Sequence record: MT446403.1
From: Escherichia virus TH29
Reading direction: 5' to 3' (one strand)
DNA length: 53,648 bases
Shown: positions 1-8,591 of the stretch, one piece after another
How positions within the stretch are numbered: the first letter of the stretch is position 1
Layout: every line of letters begins with the position of its first letter
Translations under genes and position numbers: made by a program
The notes under the pieces: generated by a model
The model's input: the letters and a program-made list of their open reading frames with translations, nothing else
The model's database searches: none
What the model was told of the DNA's origin: nothing

Positions 1-17
1 TCAATTCCAACTAATGT
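1..17 (-). promoter_or_regulatory. Conserved motif copy tcaattCCAACTAATGT at the repeat boundary
   Basis: Member of a motif family with at least 9 copies; this one sits exactly at the first base of the terminal repeat. Confidence 0.4.
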
Positions 18-187
18 CGAATACTCTTCTTGCAAACAGGACAAGTGATGAATCTGTATGCAAAGTATCCTCGGTCATTCTTTCCTGTGTACATCTTTAA
101 GTCAGAGAACACGTAAGATATTGCAGAGAAACATACCCACACTGGCGTGTGAATGTTACGTTATCCTTTTCCAAAACTTTTATCATT

Positions 188-204
188 TCAATTCCAACTA
201 ATGT
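188..204 (-). promoter_or_regulatory. Conserved motif copy tcaattCCAACTAATGT
   Basis: Identical 17-mer to positions 1-17, 187 bp further in. Confidence 0.4.
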
Positions 205-274
205 TTCAGAATTATTCCAATATTCCAAACAAAAAGAATAATAAGAATAAATTAAAAATAAATGAAGAAAGTTC

Positions 275-304
275 TTGACACCCATTTGGCGATAGGTGTA
301 TAAT
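275..304 (+). promoter_or_regulatory. Consensus sigma70-type promoter (TTGACA, 18-bp spacer, TATAAT) with AT-rich upstream tract
   Basis: Perfect -35 TTGACA at 275-280 and perfect -10 TATAAT at 299-304; AT-rich 240-270 resembles an UP element. Points opposite to all genes. Confidence 0.6.
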
Positions 305-330
305 GCCTTTCTTCCCTAAGAGGTCAGAAT

Positions 331-346
331 CAAATCCCACTAATGT
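331..346 (-). promoter_or_regulatory. Conserved motif copy caaatCCCACTAATGT (variant)
   Basis: Third motif copy inside the terminal repeat, one mismatch to the core. Confidence 0.35.
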
Positions 347-414
347 TTCAGACGAAGTGCCGAAGGCGAATCCTCTCCCAAACCCGCTTGGAACAAGATG
401 CCTCCGGCCTGGAA

Positions 415-651
415 CTATACTGCTTTCCAATCTGAATCAAACAGTTCCTTTGGTCTTGAATAAATTATCGAATTAATTCCCAAGAAAGTGTGATTTCCAT
501 ACTTCTTAACTTCCTGGTAAGCAAATCCATCTACCCAATTACCGCAGTGGGTTTTAATCTTTGTAGCAAACAGAATTCGGTAGTAGTGACCACGTGGCTG
601 GTGGAAGAGAATATCTTCTGGCTTGATTGAGTTGATATTTAAATCAGACAT
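415..651 (-). CDS. Hypothetical small protein, lies inside the terminal repeat so it is present twice
   Basis: 78-aa ORF (MSDLNINSIKPEDILFH...); identical copy at 53338-53574. Confidence 0.5.
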   Translation of the reverse strand: MSDLNINSIKPEDILFHQPRGHYYRILFATKIKTHCGNWVDGFAYQEVKKYGNHTFLGINSIIYSRPKELFDSDWKAV

Positions 652-1192
652 TTAAGAACAATACCCCTTCGGAGAAGATGTAGTCACTGCCGTAATCTTT
701 GGTGATTGCATCCCAATCAATATATGGCGCAAGGCGGTCTGGAATATCCAGTGCTTCACTTTGCTTCAAATATTCTGCAATTGAGTCGCAACGTGTGATG
801 AACATGTCGTTCAAACTATCCACGGTGAAAATATCAATCTCACCACTACGGAATGCCGCAAGAATTACAAACAAATCAGTGTCATTTAAAAGTTCATTGA
901 ATTTGTCATACTTGCGTAGGCTGAATAGGCCATCAACAAAGCAAACTTCTGTAACATCCTCATCTCTTGATTCGAGAATGTCATAAGTCCCTGTTTCTGG
1001 GTACTCGATGCCATATTCTTCGTGTAAATATTCTGACATGTTGAAGCCATAGAGCCGCCATGCCAGACCATCAATCCAAGCATCTTCATACTCGGAATTG
1101 TTTTCGCCTGTGTAGAAACGAACCAATAAGGTTTCATCTCTACGCCAGGACTTAAGCTGTTCTACTGCTTGAGTAATGTTATCGTTTTGCAT
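644..1192 (-). CDS. Hypothetical protein
   Basis: ORF 644-1246; likely start at MQNDNIT. Acidic protein with no recognised motif. Confidence 0.5.
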   Translation of the reverse strand: MQNDNITQAVEQLKSWRRDETLLVRFYTGENNSEYEDAWIDGLAWRLYGFNMSEYLHEEYGIEYPETGTYDILESRDEDVTEVCFVDGLFSLRKYDKFNELLNDTDLFVILAAFRSGEIDIFTVDSLNDMFITRCDSIAEYLKQSEALDIPDRLAPYIDWDAITKDYGSDYIFSEGVLFLNV

Positions 1193-1469
1193 TGAGTTTC
1201 TCCCACATACCTTGAAGTTCCATGTTAAGGATTTTGAGCTGTTCAATTCGCTCTTTCCCGCCCTTGACCATTATACTTAGGATGGCGGCCTTCTCTTCAT
1301 ATGTTACTAGATAACAGCATCTGCCAACCTCAATTTCGTGTCTCAGACTACGGGAATCTTGCACATGATTTGACAAATGTTGGTGGAGTTCTGCCTCTGC
1401 ACGAGACGTACGCTCCTGCATACGCTCTAATTCTTTCGGTATTTCCTGATATTCCATCGGATGCTCCAT
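1179..1469 (-). CDS. Hypothetical protein (charged, coiled-coil-like)
   Basis: 96-aa ORF immediately downstream of the M15 peptidase gene. Confidence 0.45.
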   Translation of the reverse strand: MEHPMEYQEIPKELERMQERTSRAEAELHQHLSNHVQDSRSLRHEIEVGRCCYLVTYEEKAAILSIMVKGGKERIEQLKILNMELQGMWEKLNAKR

Positions 1470-1477
1470 TGATGAAG

Positions 1478-1873
1478 TTATGCTGGAAGTTCGAAGTGCG
1501 GTGCGTCGAGGAATTTAGCCCATTTCACTGGCTTAGTGAAGGTTCGTTCCCATGTTCCGCCCCAACGAATTACAACTCCAAGCTCTTTTGCAGCTTTGAA
1601 CATGTGTTCAGCCACAATTTGGAATCGTTCGAGGTCATTCCAGTCAATTGGATATGGTGCAATATCCAAAGCATTGCCTGACATATGTCGGCTAATAGAT
1701 ACTTTGGTTGCACCCTGCTTTAAAAGCTCTTGTTGACGTTCATAAGAGCGTAAACCTTCCAAAACAGTTACGTCAAAAGGCATGGTTTCACATGCCCGTT
1801 TGAAAACTGCAACTAATGAAGGATTTACTCCCTTAAGTCGGTCTAAAGAACGTTGACCGAGCTTAACATTCAT
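1478..1873 (-). CDS. Endolysin, L-alanyl-D-glutamate peptidase (M15 family, T5 Lys-like)
   Basis: 131 aa with SRHMSGNALDIAPY, WGGTW and DAPHFEL, matching zinc-dependent M15 phage peptidases. Confidence 0.8.
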   Translation of the reverse strand: MNVKLGQRSLDRLKGVNPSLVAVFKRACETMPFDVTVLEGLRSYERQQELLKQGATKVSISRHMSGNALDIAPYPIDWNDLERFQIVAEHMFKAAKELGVVIRWGGTWERTFTKPVKWAKFLDAPHFELPA

Positions 1874-2148
1874 TATTTACCCTTTAACGCATCGTTTAAA
1901 GTATTGTTTAACAGTGTGTTGAGGTTATCAAGTTCATTAAATGCCGCCTGGGCCTTGGTAACTTCATCAACAAGTAATGCTCGAAGGACTGTATGCTCAA
2001 CAAGAACCCATCCGTCAATACAGTCGATGAAAACTTTAACTTTATCGACTGGAGCATTTAAATCAAAGGCAGATAAGTCAGATTTGGCATTGTCCAACTT
2101 GCCTTTTGCCTTACTCAGTTCAACTGGAACTTGGTCAATTGAAATCAT
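1873..2148 (-). CDS. Hypothetical protein
   Basis: 91-aa ORF in a tight same-strand array with overlapping stop/start. Confidence 0.45.
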   Translation of the reverse strand: MISIDQVPVELSKAKGKLDNAKSDLSAFDLNAPVDKVKVFIDCIDGWVLVEHTVLRALLVDEVTKAQAAFNELDNLNTLLNNTLNDALKGK

Positions 2149-2501
2149 TTAATTAGAAATGCCTTAATAGTTGCCGCAGATGGCATAGCTACTTCACCCA
2201 TGCCGCCAATAGGCTTCTCAACACCTTCAAGTGCCTGATTAACAGCCGCTTGACCCGCAGTATGAGCAGCAGAAAGTTGACCGTGAAAGGTCATTTGAGA
2301 CAACAGAATATTCTGTTGAATTTGCCAATATTCCTGTAAAGGAACGTAGGTCCATTCGTCATTTGTCTGGTCATAGAGTTTAATTTCTCTGGCACCAGAC
2401 TCAAACATTGCTGTCAGACGTGCTACATATTCTTGTTGACGTCCTACAGACGTTTCAACCGATTTTGCATATGCAGGCAAATCTTTAATATCAATATTCA
2501 T
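2145..2501 (-). CDS. Hypothetical protein
   Basis: 118-aa ORF with 4-nt overlaps to both neighbours. Confidence 0.5.
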   Translation of the reverse strand: MNIDIKDLPAYAKSVETSVGRQQEYVARLTAMFESGAREIKLYDQTNDEWTYVPLQEYWQIQQNILLSQMTFHGQLSAAHTAGQAAVNQALEGVEKPIGGMGEVAMPSAATIKAFLIK

Positions 2502-2731
2502 TGAAATTTATTCCCACTTGGGTGGATGGTTAATTTGAAGGATGCTAACTCCTTATTGATTGAGGTTGTTCCAATAACTGTTGCCTCAAACAACATAGAT
2601 TTAGCAGTTTCCTTCCCCACACGTTCCAAGTATTTTACAACTCGGTCGTGAATTACTGCCCATTGGCGATATTCGCAATCGGATTCCAGCAGGTATTGAA
2701 CTCCATCAATGATAAATTCGGATGACGTCAT
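2498..2731 (-). CDS. Hypothetical protein
   Basis: 77-aa ORF, translationally coupled to neighbours. Confidence 0.45.
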   Translation of the reverse strand: MTSSEFIIDGVQYLLESDCEYRQWAVIHDRVVKYLERVGKETAKSMLFEATVIGTTSINKELASFKLTIHPSGNKFQ

Positions 2732-3078
2732 TTAACTTCCTTACAATAGGTTGATAACAATGGAAATTTGGCATGAAAGAAGTCAATGTCACGGTAAATC
2801 TGTAGCACCAAACGTTCCTCAGCGTCAACACCAACTAAGGCCAGCTTACTGCTCTGTGTATTGTAGAACACTGTTGACATTGGGTTAGGATTTCCATTGT
2901 CTGGAATCTCAATCCATGTACCTTCGTGCAAAGAAATTGTTACAATGAGTGGCTGGCTCATTGTGATTGTTTCAACAGACATTTTGTATCCGCCACACTG
3001 GAAGCTGCGAACAGATGCTTCTGATTTGAATGCGAATACTCCAAACAAAATTGTGAGTGCAATATATAAAGTTTTCAT
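2728..3078 (-). CDS. Putative secreted/periplasmic protein
   Basis: 116 aa; N-terminus MKTLYIALTILFGVFAFKSEA looks like a cleavable signal peptide. Confidence 0.5.
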   Translation of the reverse strand: MKTLYIALTILFGVFAFKSEASVRSFQCGGYKMSVETITMSQPLIVTISLHEGTWIEIPDNGNPNPMSTVFYNTQSSKLALVGVDAEERLVLQIYRDIDFFHAKFPLLSTYCKEVK

Positions 3079-3080
3079 GA

Positions 3081-3302
3081 CTACTTCGTTACAAGTGGAT
3101 TTCTATATGCCCAAGGTCTGGATAAGAGTTCTATTTTAAATCCCTCGTATCCACTCTCTTTTGAAAGACTTTCTCTAGCAACTGAAATGGCATTTTGCAA
3201 AGTCAGTCTTCCGTCGATAGCAATATTTCCAAAGCTACCACAAGCATCACTCAACTCACCTTTCAAGTCTCGTGTAAGCATTGTTGCATAATAACTTGCC
3301 AT
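3081..3302 (-). CDS. Hypothetical protein
   Basis: 73-aa ORF; GGAGG Shine-Dalgarno just upstream of the ATG. Confidence 0.5.
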   Translation of the reverse strand: MASYYATMLTRDLKGELSDACGSFGNIAIDGRLTLQNAISVARESLSKESGYEGFKIELLSRPWAYRNPLVTK

Positions 3303-3329
3303 AATTCCTCCTAATAATAATAATTAATC

Positions 3330-3355
3330 GAGGCCACTCGAAGTGGAATGGCCTC
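3330..3355 (-). terminator. Intergenic hairpin, possible terminator or processing site
   Basis: GAGGCCA...TGGCCTC 7-bp inverted repeat followed on the minus strand by a U/A-rich tract and the next gene's RBS. Confidence 0.3.
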
Positions 3356-3361
3356 TGTTAA

Positions 3362-4051
3362 TTACAGCTTCTTAATAAGCTCTGCGGATTTGCTTGCGGC
3401 AACTTTCATTTCACCCCGTGCGGCTTTAACGATTGATGCCTTGTCCACGCGAATGTTGCAGTTGCCGATTGCAATCTTGCCATCTGCTGTTGGTGCAAGT
3501 TGCTGTAAGTCAAGCATTTGCTCCAGCTTTTGCAGAAGAATATGTTGTGCTTCGATTGCATTTTGGATATTTAAAGTTTCCATTGTTGCTCTTACCTTTC
3601 TTGAATAAGTTCCGCTTAACGTTAGGCGTACTTGCAAACCTTTTACACCATCATGGTCAATATTGACTTTATTGTATGGTGAGTATGGATGCTTGTACGC
3701 ATTTGTAACAGTTGCCCAATTGCCCTTGTACCAAATAATATCACCAACTTCTACATCAGCGCCTTTAACATCCTCTTCATCTGAGAATGGTTTCACTGCT
3801 TCACCATAAGGGAGAAACACTGGTGTTATCTGTGTGCTGAATGTCGCTGTTGGAGTTCCCAAAGCTGGTGGCCTGTCGAGCACTTTGACTATGCGGCCAA
3901 ATTCAAAATTGTAGTACCCACCAGAATATTGCAACTGAACTGCATCACTAAACCGGAGGATGTTTTCAATCCGGTATTCCCTGTTGCCGTAAACCAATAC
4001 ATCACCAGGCTTTACCAAATTGGCAGGTATTTCGACAAATTTATTTGCCAT
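3362..4051 (-). CDS. Hypothetical protein
   Basis: ORF 3362-4063; probable start at MANKFVEIP. Confidence 0.55.
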   Translation of the reverse strand: MANKFVEIPANLVKPGDVLVYGNREYRIENILRFSDAVQLQYSGGYYNFEFGRIVKVLDRPPALGTPTATFSTQITPVFLPYGEAVKPFSDEEDVKGADVEVGDIIWYKGNWATVTNAYKHPYSPYNKVNIDHDGVKGLQVRLTLSGTYSRKVRATMETLNIQNAIEAQHILLQKLEQMLDLQQLAPTADGKIAIGNCNIRVDKASIVKAARGEMKVAASKSAELIKKL

Positions 4052-4156
4052 GATATTCCTCACGCATTTCTGAACAATGTTTGCAAAACCAAATGGTTAC
4101 ATAATCGTTTTCGTGTGAAATTTCCCAATTATGTAGCCCTATAAAACATAGAATTT

Positions 4157-4552
4157 TCATCGATTAAGTCCCTCTCCGTTTTCGGCATGCCACTCATTAT
4201 GGTGGCGAGGACACAACCAGCGAACATCAAGTGGTTTGTTGTAATCATCATGGTGAGCATGAGTTATTTCACAGCCACATACTTGACAGGGTTTTACTTG
4301 TAATCGTCCACTCCTAATGGCAAGATTCACCTTATTTTGTGCCTTGTATTGATTAGGATACTTCTTCCTGGCATCATTAAGGCCATTACCGTGATAACCC
4401 CGTTTGCGGTCATAGTTTCGGTAATAGTCAATCTTCTCTGCACGGTTTGCCCGTACCTTAGCACATCTGCAAACTTTACATGTCTTGTCATTGGCGTAGA
4501 AGTCTGTAGGAGCTTTTAAACTCCCGCAGATTTTACATTGCTTATCCATCAA
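4157..4552 (-). CDS. HNH endonuclease
   Basis: 131 aa with Cys pairs (CKICG, CKVCRC, CQVCGC) and HAHHDDYNKPLDVRWLCPRHHNEWH HNH motif. Confidence 0.75.
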   Translation of the reverse strand: MMDKQCKICGSLKAPTDFYANDKTCKVCRCAKVRANRAEKIDYYRNYDRKRGYHGNGLNDARKKYPNQYKAQNKVNLAIRSGRLQVKPCQVCGCEITHAHHDDYNKPLDVRWLCPRHHNEWHAENGEGLNR

Positions 4553-4929
4553 AATGGAATTTCAGAGTCAAAGCCCTGCGGCTCATTTGGGTTGTATCCA
4601 GATGACTGCGGAGCTTGTTGCTGAACAGGCGCTTGCTGTTGCTGTGCAGCAGAAGGTTGCTGACGTTGCTGTTGAGCGGCAGCTTGAGGTTGAGCTTTGG
4701 CTTTAGCTTTCTCTTCACGCTTACGCATCATTTCATCAACTTGTTCTTGGGTCATGATGGTCAGTGCCAGCGAGGTAAATTCATTACCATTGGCTTGCTT
4801 GTTCCAACCAGACACCCAATACCAGATTCCGTCAACGTTAATACGTCCACGAACGTCAGGATGTTTTGGGTCTTTCTTGAAGCCATTGGAGCCGATGATG
4901 CCAGTGTTTACGTCTGAATATTGTGCCAT
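4549..4929 (-). CDS. Small protein with SSB-like disordered linker and acidic C-terminal tip (DSEIPF)
   Basis: 126 aa; Q/A/P-rich linker ending GFDSEIPF, closely resembling the E. coli SSB C-terminal DDDIPF tip; N-terminal domain only about 70 aa. Confidence 0.55.
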   Translation of the reverse strand: MAQYSDVNTGIIGSNGFKKDPKHPDVRGRINVDGIWYWVSGWNKQANGNEFTSLALTIMTQEQVDEMMRKREEKAKAKAQPQAAAQQQRQQPSAAQQQQAPVQQQAPQSSGYNPNEPQGFDSEIPF

Positions 4930-5002
4930 GATTAAGATTCTCTTAAGTTAATTTACGGTTTAAGTTTCAGCGACATTGCTAACCACGGAATAGCTTTGTC
5001 TC

Positions 5003-5019
5003 TCACATCCAACTAATGT
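5003..5019 (-). promoter_or_regulatory. Conserved motif copy tcacatCCAACTAATGT
   Basis: About 75 bp upstream of the start of gene 4549-4929. Confidence 0.45.
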
Positions 5020-5059
5020 TGAATTAATCAGGAACACTCAATGAATGCTCCTTGTTAAT

Positions 5060-5281
5060 TTAACAGGATTTACAATCGTTTATAAACTTTCTGCGCAATT
5101 TGCGCACTTGCTTTTTGGTCGGCTTCGCTGGAAAGAATTTGCATTCAACGTTGTGCCAAGGACTGCATTCTTCACCGACAAACCATAAAGTCCATCCAGC
5201 AAAGATGTTCATAGGACTGTGGCTTTTGTGGCTGTACAAATGTGTATTTACACGCATTTCATTCTCCAAGTACTTTATCAA
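5060..5281 (-). CDS. Hypothetical protein
   Basis: 73-aa basic ORF. Confidence 0.4.
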   Translation of the reverse strand: MIKYLENEMRVNTHLYSHKSHSPMNIFAGWTLWFVGEECSPWHNVECKFFPAKPTKKQVRKLRRKFINDCKSC

Positions 5282-5492
5282 AGTACCACATATTTTTGGT
5301 TATCCATTCGCCACTTTTGGATTTGACGTAGCAGGAACCATTGATAGTGTATTTGAATTCAGTTTGTTGCAATTCTGCAAAGGTTTTACACTCATACTGG
5401 TAAACAAAGTATGTAGGCACACCAATGACAACCAGAACAGACAACAACATTAGTACGAAAGGTATTACAACATCTCTCATAACCCAATTCAT
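5259..5492 (-). CDS. Small membrane protein
   Basis: 77 aa with hydrophobic N-terminal segment VIPFVLMLLSVLVVIGV. Confidence 0.45.
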   Translation of the reverse strand: MNWVMRDVVIPFVLMLLSVLVVIGVPTYFVYQYECKTFAELQQTEFKYTINGSCYVKSKSGEWITKNMWYFDKVLGE

Positions 5493-5779
5493 TACATCAC
5501 CTTTGAGATTGGGATTGGGTCGATGTTTGATTCAGGTTTATACCAGCTTACATCACCTGAATCTTTCACAAGCTCCCACAAATTGGAGAATGTACGATAA
5601 GATAAATTGCGGTTATCATCATTAACGACAAAACCCAAAGGAGATTGAATATACGCACCGAGTGTACCGTTGTTGCGAGGAACTCCGTCACCACGACCTG
5701 CGACGATTTTGTATTTCTTACCTTTGGTGAAGTTGTAATTAGTTTCACCAACATAACGTAAAATCGAATTCTTGTTCAT
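5492..5779 (-). CDS. Hypothetical protein
   Basis: 95-aa ORF with stop/start overlap to neighbours. Confidence 0.5.
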   Translation of the reverse strand: MNKNSILRYVGETNYNFTKGKKYKIVAGRGDGVPRNNGTLGAYIQSPLGFVVNDDNRNLSYRTFSNLWELVKDSGDVSWYKPESNIDPIPISKVM

Positions 5780-6006
5780 GACTTTAATTTCTCTAAAGTT
5801 GCCATAACTACCTCTTCTGTACCTTCAATAACCAAAGTGTTCAAAGGTGTGTTTACAGAAAAGAATGTGAATTTCCAAATGAATATACTCCGTCGGAATA
5901 CTCTCATGTCACCTGCCTCTACCCTCTGGTTAATTCCAGATAGAAGCATTGTCTCACCGCCAACTTTCAAATCTCGAAACTCACTTACCAATTCGTCAAG
6001 ATTCAT
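5776..6006 (-). CDS. Hypothetical protein
   Basis: 76-aa ORF. Confidence 0.4.
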   Translation of the reverse strand: MNLDELVSEFRDLKVGGETMLLSGINQRVEAGDMRVFRRSIFIWKFTFFSVNTPLNTLVIEGTEEVVMATLEKLKS

Positions 6007-6044
6007 TTCTCCACCTTCTCCAAAGTTCTCTTCAAGGTTTCTAT

Positions 6045-6356
6045 TTATAAGAAGTCGAAATCTTTAACCTTCTTATGAAATTTCTCCCATTTGGATAGGC
6101 CACCTTCAAGGCTAAAGATTCGGTTACAGCCAGATTCATCTTTAATGACAAATTGAGTTCCTGTCAGTTGAATTGGCTCAAGTGCGCCAAACAACACTTT
6201 AGGTTTTGACAAGCTGGTGGCAAGAACCACATAAACTTTGCTTGGGCAAATATCAAAAGCAAAGTCACGAGTGTAAACTAAGTCACCAACTTTCAAATAT
6301 GCTGGCAACAGGCGACCTGTGGCTGGGTCACGTTGTAAACAAGTACGTTGTTTCAT
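6045..6356 (-). CDS. Hypothetical protein
   Basis: 103-aa ORF. Confidence 0.5.
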   Translation of the reverse strand: MKQRTCLQRDPATGRLLPAYLKVGDLVYTRDFAFDICPSKVYVVLATSLSKPKVLFGALEPIQLTGTQFVIKDESGCNRIFSLEGGLSKWEKFHKKVKDFDFL

Positions 6357-6419
6357 AAATGCTCCAAGTTAATTAATAATATTCAGCAACCACTCTCATT
6401 ATAAGAATGGTTGAGGAAA

Positions 6420-6647
6420 TTATTGAAGTACACCTTGTTCACAAATGTCTGCAAACTCTGCACGATGGTCACGCTGCCATGCCCAGAATGCACCATTCAT
6501 AGGAACGACAGCACCTTTACGGAATGCTGGAGAAATGCTTTCAGCAGACTTAGTTACTTTAAATTCCAAAGGTGAAACAGCTTCACCCTCAATGATTAGG
6601 CCAACTGGAACGTAGTCTTTGGTTGAAGCAACACATTTAAATTTCAT
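6420..6647 (-). CDS. Hypothetical protein
   Basis: 75-aa ORF. Confidence 0.45.
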   Translation of the reverse strand: MKFKCVASTKDYVPVGLIIEGEAVSPLEFKVTKSAESISPAFRKGAVVPMNGAFWAWQRDHRAEFADICEQGVLQ

Positions 6648-6900
6648 GGTACAAAACCCCTAATTCAGATTCTAATTTAAATTCACGGAAGAAATCCATT
6701 GTTACAAATCGGACTTTACCTTCGTCATCAACTACGTTACAGGAAATGTCGGAGTGGACCATCCTGCCTAGCTTCAAAGCAACTTCTGAAAGATTCGCTT
6801 CGCCAGTCCCTGAGATTACACGGTAGATGCGATATGGTGTAAAGCCGCTTAAAGAGTTATTACGGCTTGGGACAATCATCATGCCTGTTCTAGTAGCCAT
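6637..6900 (-). CDS. Hypothetical protein
   Basis: ORF 6637-6951; probable start at MATRTGMM. Confidence 0.45.
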   Translation of the reverse strand: MATRTGMMIVPSRNNSLSGFTPYRIYRVISGTGEANLSEVALKLGRMVHSDISCNVVDDEGKVRFVTMDFFREFKLESELGVLYHEI

Positions 6901-6996
6901 AATAACTCCAATATTAAAAGTACATGAATGCGCCAATAGTAAGTAGCACAAGTGGAAACATCAGAATACAGAATACTAATTTCTTTACGATATCCA

Positions 6997-7170
6997 TTAT
7001 TTCACCAGGAAGTAGAGAACAAGGGCAACACCAACACATGCAATGATTGTTGGCATATAATTATCAATTTTACGATATTTACGTTCGACTGGCTTCTTGC
7101 CTTCGATGGCATTCATCAGTTCTTGATGATTAATCTGCTGCATTAATGTGTTGAATTGCTGGTCGTTCAT
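6997..7170 (-). CDS. Small tail-anchored membrane protein (57 aa, absent from the ORF track)
   Basis: Hand translation MNDQQFNTLMQQ...MPTIIACVGVALVLYFLVK; ATG at 7168-7170 preceded by GGAGG. Confidence 0.45.
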   Translation of the reverse strand: MNDQQFNTLMQQINHQELMNAIEGKKPVERKYRKIDNYMPTIIACVGVALVLYFLVK

Positions 7171-7355
7171 TTAGCCTCCAGAATTTGGTTTAAAGAGCTG
7201 AACACGATTTCCTCATGTTCGTCAGGTGTACATGCATTGATGTATTCAAAGTCATAACCAACAAACTTCTCCGCCCACTGTTGTAAACGAAGTAAAGAAT
7301 TGAAGTACAAACGTTGCTCTACACCATTTAATTTAAAGTAGACGATGAAGTCCAT
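7167..7355 (-). CDS. Hypothetical protein
   Basis: 62-aa ORF. Confidence 0.45.
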   Translation of the reverse strand: MDFIVYFKLNGVEQRLYFNSLLRLQQWAEKFVGYDFEYINACTPDEHEEIVFSSLNQILEAK

Positions 7356-7356
7356 G

Positions 7357-7599
7357 TTAACCTCTTACTTTCAGGAAATCTGGATGTGCGGCAGTTGCCA
7401 CAACTTTGTGATGTTTATCATTCTGGATTGCTTGCCAAACGTATTCAGGATACGCTGCATTCTTCCACACCAGCTTGTTTTCGTAAATTGATGTACCAGA
7501 CATTAAGTCTGCTAACATTATTGCTCTGGTTTTAATATTAACCAAAGCATGAGAAACAACACCATCACGATTGATATATTGATACAGTGCATAATTCAT
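7357..7599 (-). CDS. Hypothetical protein
   Basis: ORF 7357-7659; likely start ATG at 7597-7599 (MNYALYQ) with AAGGA RBS, adjacent to the upstream stop. Confidence 0.5.
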   Translation of the reverse strand: MNYALYQYINRDGVVSHALVNIKTRAIMLADLMSGTSIYENKLVWKNAAYPEYVWQAIQNDKHHKVVATAAHPDFLKVRG

Positions 7600-7600
7600 T

Positions 7601-7849
7601 TCAGAATCCTTTAGTGTACCCAACAGTTTTGCGCAGAATGATTTCATCATTTGAATCATCTGGCTCTAATTCGATTTCAATATTGACAACAATATTGTCG
7701 CTAAAAGTACATGCCTTACTTGAATCAAAGAACTTTACAGCATTATACTTATCTGACTCATTTACTTTAATCCACTTCACAGAACGAACAGTAAAGATTT
7801 GTCCATCTTGCAGGTCTTTAAAGTAAGCCGCTTTAGTAACAGTATCCAT
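7601..7849 (-). CDS. Hypothetical protein
   Basis: 82-aa ORF with AGGAGA RBS; first gene downstream of the 7.86-9.1 kb non-coding region. Confidence 0.55.
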   Translation of the reverse strand: MDTVTKAAYFKDLQDGQIFTVRSVKWIKVNESDKYNAVKFFDSSKACTFSDNIVVNIEIELEPDDSNDEIILRKTVGYTKGF

Positions 7850-8133
7850 TTTATTCTCCTAAGTTAAAAGAAAACTCCCGTCATAACGATTGTGGAGGTC
7901 TTGTGTTACCTTAATCCACCTTAAAGAATCAGGGAGTTACATATTAGTCTGTGTGTGCTGCTCTCGGTTACTTCCTAGTATTGCGAAGCTCTTGCATTCC
8001 CGCAAACCACACCTTTTGCACAGACCGTATGTGACACAACAAGTGCCGAAAACTACAATGATTAGCTTGGAGACATAATCTCTCTAAAATCTGTCACACA
8101 ATTTCAGCAGAATTTACAGAGATTTGGTCTTAT

Positions 8134-8149
8134 TCACATGCAACTAATG
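8134..8149 (-). promoter_or_regulatory. Conserved motif copy tcacatgCAACTAATGa (variant)
   Basis: Inside the 7.86-9.1 kb non-coding control region. Confidence 0.35.
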
Positions 8150-8342
8150 ATAAATGGACATGCTTAATTGCAACCAATTCATCTGCCAAATAGACGAATT
8201 TAGTCACAATCAAACATGCATCATTAATTACAGGTTTGCTCCTATCTTGGAATGTATTTGGCACATCAAGAAGTGGCGCAACAGGTACGGAAAACCGACC
8301 ATGTACAGCATAATAAAACTAATTAAATAAAGGGTTTTATCC

Positions 8343-8360
8343 CAATATTGTCACAATATT
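8343..8360. repeat. Tandem palindrome CAATATTG-tca-CAATATT, operator-like
   Basis: CAATATTG is self-complementary; the same 18-mer recurs at 8592-8609 with degenerate copies nearby and at 11383-11601; often followed by ACATGC. Confidence 0.5.
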
Positions 8361-8591
8361 TACATGCGATGATAAAGCCTTCGCTTGGCTGGAAGCCAGT
8401 ATTCATGCGGGTTGCAAGAATATTGGGTCAATACTGATATAGCTATTACATGCGAAATTGGCACAAATACTGTTACAAAATTAACATGCCGGATTGGTAG
8501 ACAATTGTATCTTCGAGGTGATTAGTCCTCTAACAATTCTGCCACATTCTAACATGCCAATTTGTAGCAATATTTACATGCCATACTATGA

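Larger units (their letters stand above)
1..725. repeat. Left copy of direct terminal repeat (identical to 52924-53648)
   Basis: First 725 nt of the window recur exactly at its end; checked at both boundaries (tcaattccaactaatgt... and ...tcccaatcaatatat). Confidence 0.9.

Noticed and set aside
97-430. ORFs 97-285 and 212-430 inside the terminal repeat
   Set aside because: They overlap the sigma70 promoter and motif copies, are Phe/Leu-rich low-complexity frames and lack ribosome-binding sites.
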